Assembly (NCBI GenBank): GCA_049970015.1
Contig: JBMFNT010000012.1
Coordinates: 1 to 22,258 of the forward strand
Direction: 5' to 3'
Origin: Candidatus Micrarchaeia archaeon
GTDB lineage: Archaea; Micrarchaeota; Micrarchaeia; CAILAH01
DNA length: 22,258 nt
The position numbers and the translations under genes were made by a program. Each line of letters opens with the position of its first letter. Position 1 is the stretch's first letter. Below are positions 14,592-22,258 of the stretch, one piece after another. A model generated the notes under the pieces. The model did not search any database. It was not told the DNA's origin and was given only the letters and a program-made list of their open reading frames with translations.

Positions 14592-15485
14592 ATGCGCCAT
14601 TTGGCAATTTTTTTAGTAGTGCTCACATTATTTATGTTTGGATGCCTTGGGCAGGAGCAGACACCACAACAATCATCAAAAAAGGCAGACGTATCTGTTT
14701 CCGGGCTTAAGGTGCTTAACTCAACTCCTGTGATTGTTGGACAGCATATACCAATAGAGTTTATAACATCCTCCAGCAACGAATCTATAAAATATACTGT
14801 TCAGGTACGCGAAGGCAGTGACAAGGTATATGACGAGGTACACACGGATTATGGAAAGATTAAGATAACCATTCCTGCAAGAAAGGATGGCAGGTATAAC
14901 ATTTCAGTTTCAGTATCTCCGGAAAAAGGGTTTTATGACCCAAATGCCACAGACAATTTTATGCAAGTGGAGTTTCACGTACTGCCCATATTCTCATCCG
15001 CTAATATTTCTTTTGAAAACAGCACAACCATAAGCAGGCAAAGGAGCTATGCCACAAGAGTGGTGCTGGACTCGGATGTGAGCATACAATCATTAGGAGT
15101 AGTTCTTAGAAGATCATCCATTCTTTCCCAAAACACGACCTTACACTATTATTTGAAGAAAGATGTGGGTGGCATCCCTTCCAACTCCTCTTCATTTGAT
15201 GTATGGGTAAATCTTGCACAAGTATCCACAAGACCAGTTCTGATTTTACTGCAATCTGATGAGAAAATGATTGAGAAAGGAACTTACTGGCTGGAGACAT
15301 ATATTGAAGGAGATGGTACAGTTGAGATCCCATGCTTTCCCACAGATGAAAACATAAGCATATCCTCTTTCAGTCCCATATCAACAAAGCGTTCTTGGCA
15401 CAACCAGACATGTGTGCCATATTACATAATAAGCTCACAGTCCCCAGTTTATGCATATAAAGAATTCTTCAGCAATGCCAATTAA
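14592..15485 (+). CDS. Secreted lipoprotein with Ig-like (CARDB-like) beta domains
   Basis: Signal peptide with lipobox-like MFGC; GRYNISVSVSP...DPNATDNF pattern; many N-X-S/T sequons. Confidence 0.75.
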   Translation: MRHLAIFLVVLTLFMFGCLGQEQTPQQSSKKADVSVSGLKVLNSTPVIVGQHIPIEFITSSSNESIKYTVQVREGSDKVYDEVHTDYGKIKITIPARKDGRYNISVSVSPEKGFYDPNATDNFMQVEFHVLPIFSSANISFENSTTISRQRSYATRVVLDSDVSIQSLGVVLRRSSILSQNTTLHYYLKKDVGGIPSNSSSFDVWVNLAQVSTRPVLILLQSDEKMIEKGTYWLETYIEGDGTVEIPCFPTDENISISSFSPISTKRSWHNQTCVPYYIISSQSPVYAYKEFFSNAN

Positions 15486-16177
15486 AATCTTTCTAAGTGT
15501 ATTTTATTCATACTGATGCCTTTCTGCCCCAGGATTTTTACAACATCCTCGGTCATTAATGGAAGCCCGCATATGAAGTATTCCGCATCTTCATATATAA
15601 ATTCATTTAACACATCCTGCACATGCCCTTTCTTTCCATTCCAGTTTTCTTCTTTGCTGAGCACAGGCACAAAATTGAAATTTTTACATTCTTTTGAATG
15701 CTCAACAAAATCATCAAAATGCACAATCATGTTCCTGTAGCGTGTCCCATATATTAAAACAATTTTCTCAAACTTCCCGCACATCCCTTTTTCATGCATA
15801 TCTCTAATGATGCTGATAAATGGGCTTATCCCAGTACCAGTTGCAATAAACACAACTTTACTCGATCTCACATTGCTAAGTGATATGTGTCCAAACGGCC
15901 CCGTCATAGTTATAGTATCTCCTTCTTTTAGCGTGTTAAGGTATCCTGTAAAAACCCCGACAACCCTAAATATGATTTCTATATTTTTTGAGCTAGGTTG
16001 TGAAGCAAGCGAGTATGCCCTGCTAATCTTTTTTCCACCAACCACTCCACTCAACAACACATACTGCCCTGCATTATACTCCATCCTGTCAGCACCAACA
16101 TACTCAAGATATATAGATTTAATACCTTCGCACCACTCCTTTACCTTTGATACTCGCATAACAAAATCTCTTACCAT
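15482..16177 (-). CDS. FAD/NAD(P)-binding oxidoreductase, ferredoxin-NADP reductase family
   Basis: AGQY, RAYSLAS, GPFG, FIATGTGISPF, YGTR, FICGLPLM and terminal ERF; start assigned to the ATG at 16177. Confidence 0.92.
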   Translation of the reverse strand: MVRDFVMRVSKVKEWCEGIKSIYLEYVGADRMEYNAGQYVLLSGVVGGKKISRAYSLASQPSSKNIEIIFRVVGVFTGYLNTLKEGDTITMTGPFGHISLSNVRSSKVVFIATGTGISPFISIIRDMHEKGMCGKFEKIVLIYGTRYRNMIVHFDDFVEHSKECKNFNFVPVLSKEENWNGKKGHVQDVLNEFIYEDAEYFICGLPLMTEDVVKILGQKGISMNKIHLERF

Positions 16178-16181
16178 AGCT

Positions 16182-17183
16182 TCAGCTCTCCCTTTTAACA
16201 AACATATCTGCAAGCAGCAAAAGTTCTTTTCTTTTTTCATCATTTTTCACAACACTAAGCCGCTTCTTTGCACTTTCAACCAGCTGGAAGGCATAATTCT
16301 TTGCATATTCTATGGCCCCACATTCATCAAGAAGATGTATTGCCCTTTCAATCTCCTCTCTTGTGTTTTCATTCTTTGACAATATCCCTATAAGCTCATT
16401 TTTTTCAACAGGCCCAAGGGTCTTAAGCGCATTTATGACAATAAGCGTTCTTTTTCCTTCTCTTATATCCCCCCCTATCTCCTTTTTGTACTTTTCCTCT
16501 TCGCCAACAAGGTTCAAAACATCATCATGTATCTGGAATGCCAGCCCGATTTCATACCCAAACTTTTTCATTTCTTCAATCTCCCTCTCATTTGCTCCTC
16601 CAATGTATGCGCCAATCCCTGTACATGCTGCAATGAGCATTCCCGTCTTTTTCCCAGCCATCATAAAGTAATCCTCCTCGTTTACTGACCAATCATTGTT
16701 ATGTATCCATTCAAGTTCATATCCCTGCCCCTCAACAACATTTATGAATGCTTCAGAAAACATTCTAACAATCTCTTCTTTTTCATTTGCACTAAGCCCC
16801 GACTTCTCGATTGCCTTGAACACGTGCGCAAACATTCCATCCCCACAATTTATTGCTAGGGGTATTCCGTGTGTAATGTGTACGCACGGTTTTCCTCTTC
16901 TCATTTCAGAGCCATCTTCAATATCATCATGCAATAGTGTGAAAGAGTGGAATATCTCGGTGGCAGCAGCAATCACAATCCCTCTTTTATAATCTCCATT
17001 GAATGCCTCGATTGAGGTCAAAAGCAGGTATGGCCTCACCCTCTTACCACCCCTATTAAAAAAATCCCATGCCAGCCCATAAACACTTTCAGGTTTTTTG
17101 TGAGGCATTATCTTATGCATAGCTTCTTCAACTTCCCTTGCTTTCTCAGATATTCTTTCCTTTATATTGATTTCAGCTTCCAT
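16182..17183 (-). CDS. idsA: Polyprenyl diphosphate synthase (GGPP synthase-like)
   Basis: GGKRVRP, FTLLHDDIED..MRRG (FARM), EGQ, KTG, AFQIHDD (SARM), GGDIREGKRT; start assigned to the ATG at 17183. Confidence 0.93.
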   Translation of the reverse strand: MEAEINIKERISEKAREVEEAMHKIMPHKKPESVYGLAWDFFNRGGKRVRPYLLLTSIEAFNGDYKRGIVIAAATEIFHSFTLLHDDIEDGSEMRRGKPCVHITHGIPLAINCGDGMFAHVFKAIEKSGLSANEKEEIVRMFSEAFINVVEGQGYELEWIHNNDWSVNEEDYFMMAGKKTGMLIAACTGIGAYIGGANEREIEEMKKFGYEIGLAFQIHDDVLNLVGEEEKYKKEIGGDIREGKRTLIVINALKTLGPVEKNELIGILSKNENTREEIERAIHLLDECGAIEYAKNYAFQLVESAKKRLSVVKNDEKRKELLLLADMFVKRES

Positions 17184-17233
17184 TACTCTTATTTGTCCTT
17201 TAAAATTATAAAACATATCATGTAAGTACTTAT

Positions 17234-17878
17234 GTGTCCAATGAGAGGGAGCGTGCACGAAGAAGTATCGATGATCTTAAGAGATATCTAAATGAGTTGA
17301 AACCACTCATGAATAGATATGGAAAGCTGTATTCACAGGCAACACATTATTACAAGGACGCTATACATTACTTTGAAAAGGGAGATAATTTTACTTCATT
17401 TGGGTGTTCTGATTATGCATATGGCCTGCTGGATGCAATAAAAGCAATTGAAGAAGAAAGGCCTTTTCCAACACCTGTTGTGGGCGCTGTGATAGTGGAT
17501 GCCAATAATAAAATATTTCTTATGAAATCATACAAGTTTAGGGACATGTATACAATTCCTGGTGGGCATATAGAGGTTGGTGAGACATTAGAGCATGCAA
17601 TTGTGCGTGAGGTAAAGGAGGAGACAAACCTCAATGTAGCTAACCCAAAATTTATCATTGCACAGCAGCTTGTGCATGACCCAATTTTCTGGAAGAAGCG
17701 CCATTTCATAATGCTAGATTTTGCTTGTAAGGTAAAGCCACCAAAAAGGGTAAGATTGAGCAGAGAGGGTCAATCATACATATGGATTAGGCCAGAAGAC
17801 GCACTTAAGAGAAATGATATAGAGCCATACACAATCAACACAATCAAACACTTTTTGAATCTTGGCCTAATGAGATGA
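17234..17878 (+). CDS. DUF357-NUDIX hydrolase fusion
   Basis: N-part YYKDAIHYFEKGD...SDYAYGLLDA (DUF357); C-part Nudix box GGHIEVGETLEHAIVREVKEETNL. Confidence 0.88.
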   Translation: MSNERERARRSIDDLKRYLNELKPLMNRYGKLYSQATHYYKDAIHYFEKGDNFTSFGCSDYAYGLLDAIKAIEEERPFPTPVVGAVIVDANNKIFLMKSYKFRDMYTIPGGHIEVGETLEHAIVREVKEETNLNVANPKFIIAQQLVHDPIFWKKRHFIMLDFACKVKPPKRVRLSREGQSYIWIRPEDALKRNDIEPYTINTIKHFLNLGLMR

Positions 17879-17910
17879 ACAGCCACACAATCAACACAAT
17901 CAAATCCAAC

Positions 17911-19428
17911 CTACTTCAGCAATCCACTCTTTACTCTTTCAACCCCAACAGCATATATGAGTTTTCCAATTCTTGGCCCCATCTCTTTCCCGATTATGTG
18001 GAGGTACAGCTTCTTGAATAGCTCTTTAGGCTCAATTCCACGTTTCTTGGCAACCTCGAAGACAAGGTTATGCAGATCCTCGGCATTCATTCCATTATCT
18101 ATCTCTCTTGCATATGCAACCACATCTTCATCATCACTTTTCCTAACACTAACCTCAAACATATACCTATCAGGGATGAGACCCCTCTTTATCCAAGTTT
18201 CTATATATTTTTTTAAGTAATCAACCCCTCCCTTATCCCCTAAGAGCTGGCCAACAACATTCCAGTTCCTATAAATGTTGTAGTACATTATCATATCATG
18301 TATATCAGCTTTCCATATCGTACCGGCATCACAGAGCCCGAACGCAATAGCCCTTTTCCTGTCTGCCCGTATCCCAGCCTCACCAGCCAAGCTTACTTCC
18401 GCAGCATGTTTGTAATCATCGAGTATTGCAAACAAGGTTTCCTTGTCAATTGCAAGCTCCTTATCCTCCTGTACATCTGGTTTAAAGAGCATATATTTTA
18501 TTATCTCAACAGGTAATAATTCCAGAAGCTCATTGACAGTATGCCCTATCCCCTTGCTTTTACTGTACTTTTTACCATGATATTTAAGAAACCCAAACTT
18601 ATACATGTACGGAGGATCTTCCTTATAGAATTCCCTATGCACTGCTACTAAAGTATCAATTGTCCCGCCACGGGTATGATGGTCAACGCTCCCTCCCTCA
18701 ACAACCACATGCATAAACTTCTGTCTCGTTGGCCAATCTATCCTGAAAAGCAACTTATACCTATGGTTTTCAATCCTGTCCTCACCAACATATCCGCACT
18801 TATTGCACTTATATCTATACCACCCATCCCTGTATTCCAGCACAACATTCTTATCAACATTAACACACTTCTCGCATATAGGAAGTATTGGAAACCAGTC
18901 ATCCGGCAGTGCCTCTTTCATAAGGCTTTTCCTGACAATCTCCTTTATTTCATCTTTTCTTTCGCAGAGCATTCTTGCATACGAATCATACCTTCCCTGT
19001 GCATACAGCTTGCTTGCCCTGACGAACTCAACCTCAACACCAAACCTTTTCATCATCTCTTTGGTTTCAGCAATAAAATGCCCGGCAAAACTGTCATGGC
19101 ACCCTTTCGGGTCGCGAGCATATGCAAGCGGCATACCCATATCTTCTTTTATAACTGACTCATACTCTTTTAATGGTTCAGGTACAGCATCTAATGCATC
19201 AAGGTCATCAGACACGAAAATGTAATGTACATTACCGTACTTAGCCAATTGCCTGGAGATTGCATACGCAAACAGGAACTCACACAACGTGCCTGGGTGG
19301 ATGGGACCACTCGGTGTTATCCCCGCCATAACCACATAAGGTCTCTCCTTCTCTTCTGCCACTTTTTTTGCAATTATCTCAGACCAATGCATGTTTTTTA
19401 TTTCCTCATCACCCATCATAAGCACCAT
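17911..19428 (-). CDS. lysS: Lysyl-tRNA synthetase, class I
   Basis: HW, GITPSGPIHPG (HIGH-like), CEKC/CNKC, RIDWP, KYSKSKG (KMSKS-like), GPRIG. Confidence 0.97.
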   Translation of the reverse strand: MVLMMGDEEIKNMHWSEIIAKKVAEEKERPYVVMAGITPSGPIHPGTLCEFLFAYAISRQLAKYGNVHYIFVSDDLDALDAVPEPLKEYESVIKEDMGMPLAYARDPKGCHDSFAGHFIAETKEMMKRFGVEVEFVRASKLYAQGRYDSYARMLCERKDEIKEIVRKSLMKEALPDDWFPILPICEKCVNVDKNVVLEYRDGWYRYKCNKCGYVGEDRIENHRYKLLFRIDWPTRQKFMHVVVEGGSVDHHTRGGTIDTLVAVHREFYKEDPPYMYKFGFLKYHGKKYSKSKGIGHTVNELLELLPVEIIKYMLFKPDVQEDKELAIDKETLFAILDDYKHAAEVSLAGEAGIRADRKRAIAFGLCDAGTIWKADIHDMIMYYNIYRNWNVVGQLLGDKGGVDYLKKYIETWIKRGLIPDRYMFEVSVRKSDDEDVVAYAREIDNGMNAEDLHNLVFEVAKKRGIEPKELFKKLYLHIIGKEMGPRIGKLIYAVGVERVKSGLLK

Positions 19429-20508
19429 TCAAACAATCTTCAAAATCTGATTGAACATAATAATAAACAGCATGAACAATAAAACACCTGATACAAGATG
19501 AATCTCTCGCACATACTTTTCCTTCATTTCACCAACGTTCTCAATTGTTATTTTTCCCATGTATACCACAACAGTTATTGCAACCATTGGGAGTATGAAG
19601 ACCAGGTTGTAAACAAACAAGTACGTCAGTGTTTGAAGAGTTGCTGCTTTTGCAATCATGCCAAGCACCATCAAGTACGGGCCGGAAGAGCACGGTAACA
19701 GGAACAATGAACAAAAGAGTGCAGCTACTGCAACACCTAGAGGTGAGGTTGCATTTTCAGTAACCTTTCTTGCATATGGCCTTAGAAACATAGGCATCTC
19801 AACTGCAAGAAATCCTGGCTTGTAGTTGAAGTATGCATTCAATTCCATTACAGATAGCACAAATGCACCTATAGTAACGACAGCATAAAACAGGTTTGTG
19901 ATTTTAAGCGTTGTTATTGCCCTGAGTATCCCAAGGCCATATAACATATACATTATGAATATTATCCCGGAGAACAGAATACCAGCCATCAATACATCTT
20001 TCTTCCCTTTTGAATATAGTATTGCCCCAAGCAATATTACCATTATAGCGATTGTGCACGGATTTATTGAGTCAACAAGCGCCGCACTGATAAGCACAGG
20101 CCATGTGATTGTAGTTATATCATCTTTTTCATGTATTATGCTAAAATCTTTCTGTGTATAAACGCCTTTTGGGCATACATTTTTTTCGCATTCATCAAAC
20201 AACTCTCTCCACTGTTCTTCAGTCAGTTCGCCTATCACAAGCGCATTGCCACCAACAACACTTGTTGGAACACCTCCTTTTACAGGGTCTACTCCAAACC
20301 TCTCATATTCTCTAAACATTCTTTCCCTGTTGTCCGCGTTGTAGTACACTTCATAACTTGTTATGTTCAATTCGTACTCCCCACCAAGCTTTTCAAACAT
20401 TTTTTCGGTGTTTGCACAATGAGGACAACCACTTCCATAGTATAAATCCATATTTATTGCCGTGCTGCTTGATATTATAAGCAAAACAAAGAGAAGTGGC
20501 AATAGCAT
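19429..20508 (-). CDS. Thioredoxin-like (CPHC) domain fused to a CcdA/DsbD-type transmembrane domain
   Basis: Signal peptide, GCPHC, GVPT, then DSINPC and LPCSSGPY in a multi-TM domain. The start is probably the ATG at 20508. Confidence 0.88.
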   Translation of the reverse strand: MLLPLLFVLLIISSSTAINMDLYYGSGCPHCANTEKMFEKLGGEYELNITSYEVYYNADNRERMFREYERFGVDPVKGGVPTSVVGGNALVIGELTEEQWRELFDECEKNVCPKGVYTQKDFSIIHEKDDITTITWPVLISAALVDSINPCTIAIMVILLGAILYSKGKKDVLMAGILFSGIIFIMYMLYGLGILRAITTLKITNLFYAVVTIGAFVLSVMELNAYFNYKPGFLAVEMPMFLRPYARKVTENATSPLGVAVAALFCSLFLLPCSSGPYLMVLGMIAKAATLQTLTYLFVYNLVFILPMVAITVVVYMGKITIENVGEMKEKYVREIHLVSGVLLFMLFIIMFNQILKIV

Positions 20509-20559
20509 AAGCGTATCTTGGTTGATATATTTATTTAAATTTTCAGAAAGTATTTTCAT

Positions 20560-22176
20560 GTGCAATCCAAACAAGTCAGATACATTGCAATTCTTGGCTC
20601 AATAATGTCCGGGCTTGGGAAGGGAATTCTCACAGCCTCTATATGTAAGCTTCTTCAAGCAAAAGGGTATAATGCAGTGCCGCTCAAGTTTGACGGGTAC
20701 CTCAACATTGACTGCGGGACGATGAACCCGTTCAGGCATGGCGAGGTTTTTGTCCTGGATGACGGCTCGGAGGTTGACATGGATTTTGGGACTTATGAAC
20801 GGTTTCTCAACATACCACTCACAAAGTTCTCTAGCATAACTGGTGGAAAGATTTTCAATCACATGATAAAGAAGGAAAGGGAGGGAAGGTTTCTTGGGAG
20901 GGATGTGCAGATTGTTCCACACCTTACAGATGAGCTAAAGGATTGGATAAGAAGGCTCGGCAGCGAAACTAATGCAGATGTTGTTGTTATTGAGGTTGGG
21001 GGCACAGTTGGTGATATTGAAAATTCATATTTCATAGAAGCGCTACGCCAGCTTATGTTTGAAGAGAAGTATTTCATGACCATACAACTTACTTATGTAC
21101 CGAGCATAAAACCCGGAGAGCAGAAGACAAAACCCACACAACACGCTAACAAAATCATACAAAGCCTAGGAATACGGCCAGATATAATCGTGTGCAGGGA
21201 AGATGAGCCGCTGACTGTTGAATCAAGGAAAAAGATAGCATTATTCTGTAATGTGCCTGAGAAATGTATTTTTGATGATCCAAACCTTGAATGTATATAT
21301 CTTCTTCCAGATATACTAAACAAACAGGGGTTTTACACCACTATTGCCAGTAAGCTTATGCTTGATGAATCGCCTCCGGATCTGTCTTACTGGAACAGCC
21401 TTGCGCACAGGACATTACAGGATTCATCAAATGATTCGGTAAGTATAGCACTTGTTGGCAAGTATACATCTGTTTATGATGCATATGCTTCTGTGTGCGA
21501 GGCAGTAAAACATGCTGCGGCTCACCGCAATGTATACGCGAACATCTCATTCATTGATTCCGAGCAGGTTGAGCTGAACGGCCCCAGTATCCTATCAAGT
21601 TATGATGGCATAATAGTTCCTGGAGGGTTTGGGAACAGAGGGGTAGAGGGTAAGATTTCTGCAATAAAGTATGCGCGTGAGAACAATGTGCCTTTCCTTG
21701 GCCTATGCTTGGGCATGCAGCTCATGGTTGTTGAGTATGCACGCAATGTTTTAGGGTTAGAGGATGCGCATTCAACAGAGTTTAACCCTAATACAAACCA
21801 TCCAGTTATAGATCTACTTCCCGAGCAAAAATCCCTTTTGGATAAGGGTGGTACAATGCGCCTTGGCCTGTTTGAAACACATCTGTTTGAAGGTACACAA
21901 ACATATAAATACTACAAATCACTGCTAATATCAGAGCGCCACAGGCATAGGTATGAGGTCAACCCAGAGTATTATAACAAGCTTATGGAGGGCGGCCTTA
22001 TAATAGCAGGCAAGTCTTCTAGCAACAATGTTATTGAGTTTGTTGAGTGGCCTAATGAGTTAGGGGTTGGTACACAGGCGCATCCCGAGTTTAAGAGCAG
22101 GCTTGAGGCCCCTGCACCATTATTCCTCTACTTTATTGATAAGTGCAGGTACATGAAGAAGAATGGCACAGTTTAA
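20560..22176 (+). CDS. pyrG: CTP synthase
   Basis: SGLGKG, GTMNPFRHGEVFV, EVGGTVGDIE, KTKPTQ, VPGGFG, GLCLGMQ, ERHRHRYEVN, QAHPEF. Confidence 0.98.
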   Translation: MQSKQVRYIAILGSIMSGLGKGILTASICKLLQAKGYNAVPLKFDGYLNIDCGTMNPFRHGEVFVLDDGSEVDMDFGTYERFLNIPLTKFSSITGGKIFNHMIKKEREGRFLGRDVQIVPHLTDELKDWIRRLGSETNADVVVIEVGGTVGDIENSYFIEALRQLMFEEKYFMTIQLTYVPSIKPGEQKTKPTQHANKIIQSLGIRPDIIVCREDEPLTVESRKKIALFCNVPEKCIFDDPNLECIYLLPDILNKQGFYTTIASKLMLDESPPDLSYWNSLAHRTLQDSSNDSVSIALVGKYTSVYDAYASVCEAVKHAAAHRNVYANISFIDSEQVELNGPSILSSYDGIIVPGGFGNRGVEGKISAIKYARENNVPFLGLCLGMQLMVVEYARNVLGLEDAHSTEFNPNTNHPVIDLLPEQKSLLDKGGTMRLGLFETHLFEGTQTYKYYKSLLISERHRHRYEVNPEYYNKLMEGGLIIAGKSSSNNVIEFVEWPNELGVGTQAHPEFKSRLEAPAPLFLYFIDKCRYMKKNGTV

Positions 22177-22258
22177 TGATGGTTTAAGTGCAGATACAGG
22201 AAGAACCAATACCAATAACCCGTGGCCTTGGCGCAGCAATGATGAGTTTAAGTGCAGA

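Noticed and set aside
14151..14607. ORFs with repeated peptides (e.g. CKLCHDHP, resembling a CxxCH heme motif)
   Set aside because: These are translations of the 72-bp DNA duplication in the IS end region, and the single-base indel shifts the frame between copies.
19864..19879. TGCACCTATAGTAACG as a motif copy
   Set aside because: Four mismatches, including the conserved ends.
448..21550. Numerous short antisense or alternate-frame ORFs in the track
   Set aside because: They lie wholly within well-supported genes and show no recognisable motifs.

Overview
Archaeal chromosomal DNA, most likely from a DPANN lineage (Micrarchaeota-like; an inference from gene content: class I LysRS, archaeal AlaRS, Dph6, DUF357, PRC-barrel protein, compact packing). 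Most of the window is housekeeping: rtcA, thiI, an AsnB-Dph6 fusion, alaS, a polyprenyl synthase, lysS and pyrG. It also holds an orphan VirB11/TadA-type ATPase, a decayed ahcY and a decayed IS200/IS605 tnpB element. Two things are missed by the ORF track. (1) The 5' exon of a tRNA-Trp(CCA) lies at 185-222 (-), followed by a long, internally duplicated intron that runs off the window edge. (2) A 16-bp near-palindrome, TGTAACYATRGATACA, occurs six times in the first 6.5 kb and I found no close match in the remaining 15.7 kb. Two copies flank the TATA box of an orphan Cas2-fold gene. Four are written into the coding sequence of two unrelated genes, where they give the same peptide NVT(I/M)DT. 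This looks like a clustered protein-binding-site system (an autoregulated small DNA-binding protein plus parS/matS-like sites) next to a PRC-barrel cell-division-type gene, and it is the best candidate for an undescribed system here.
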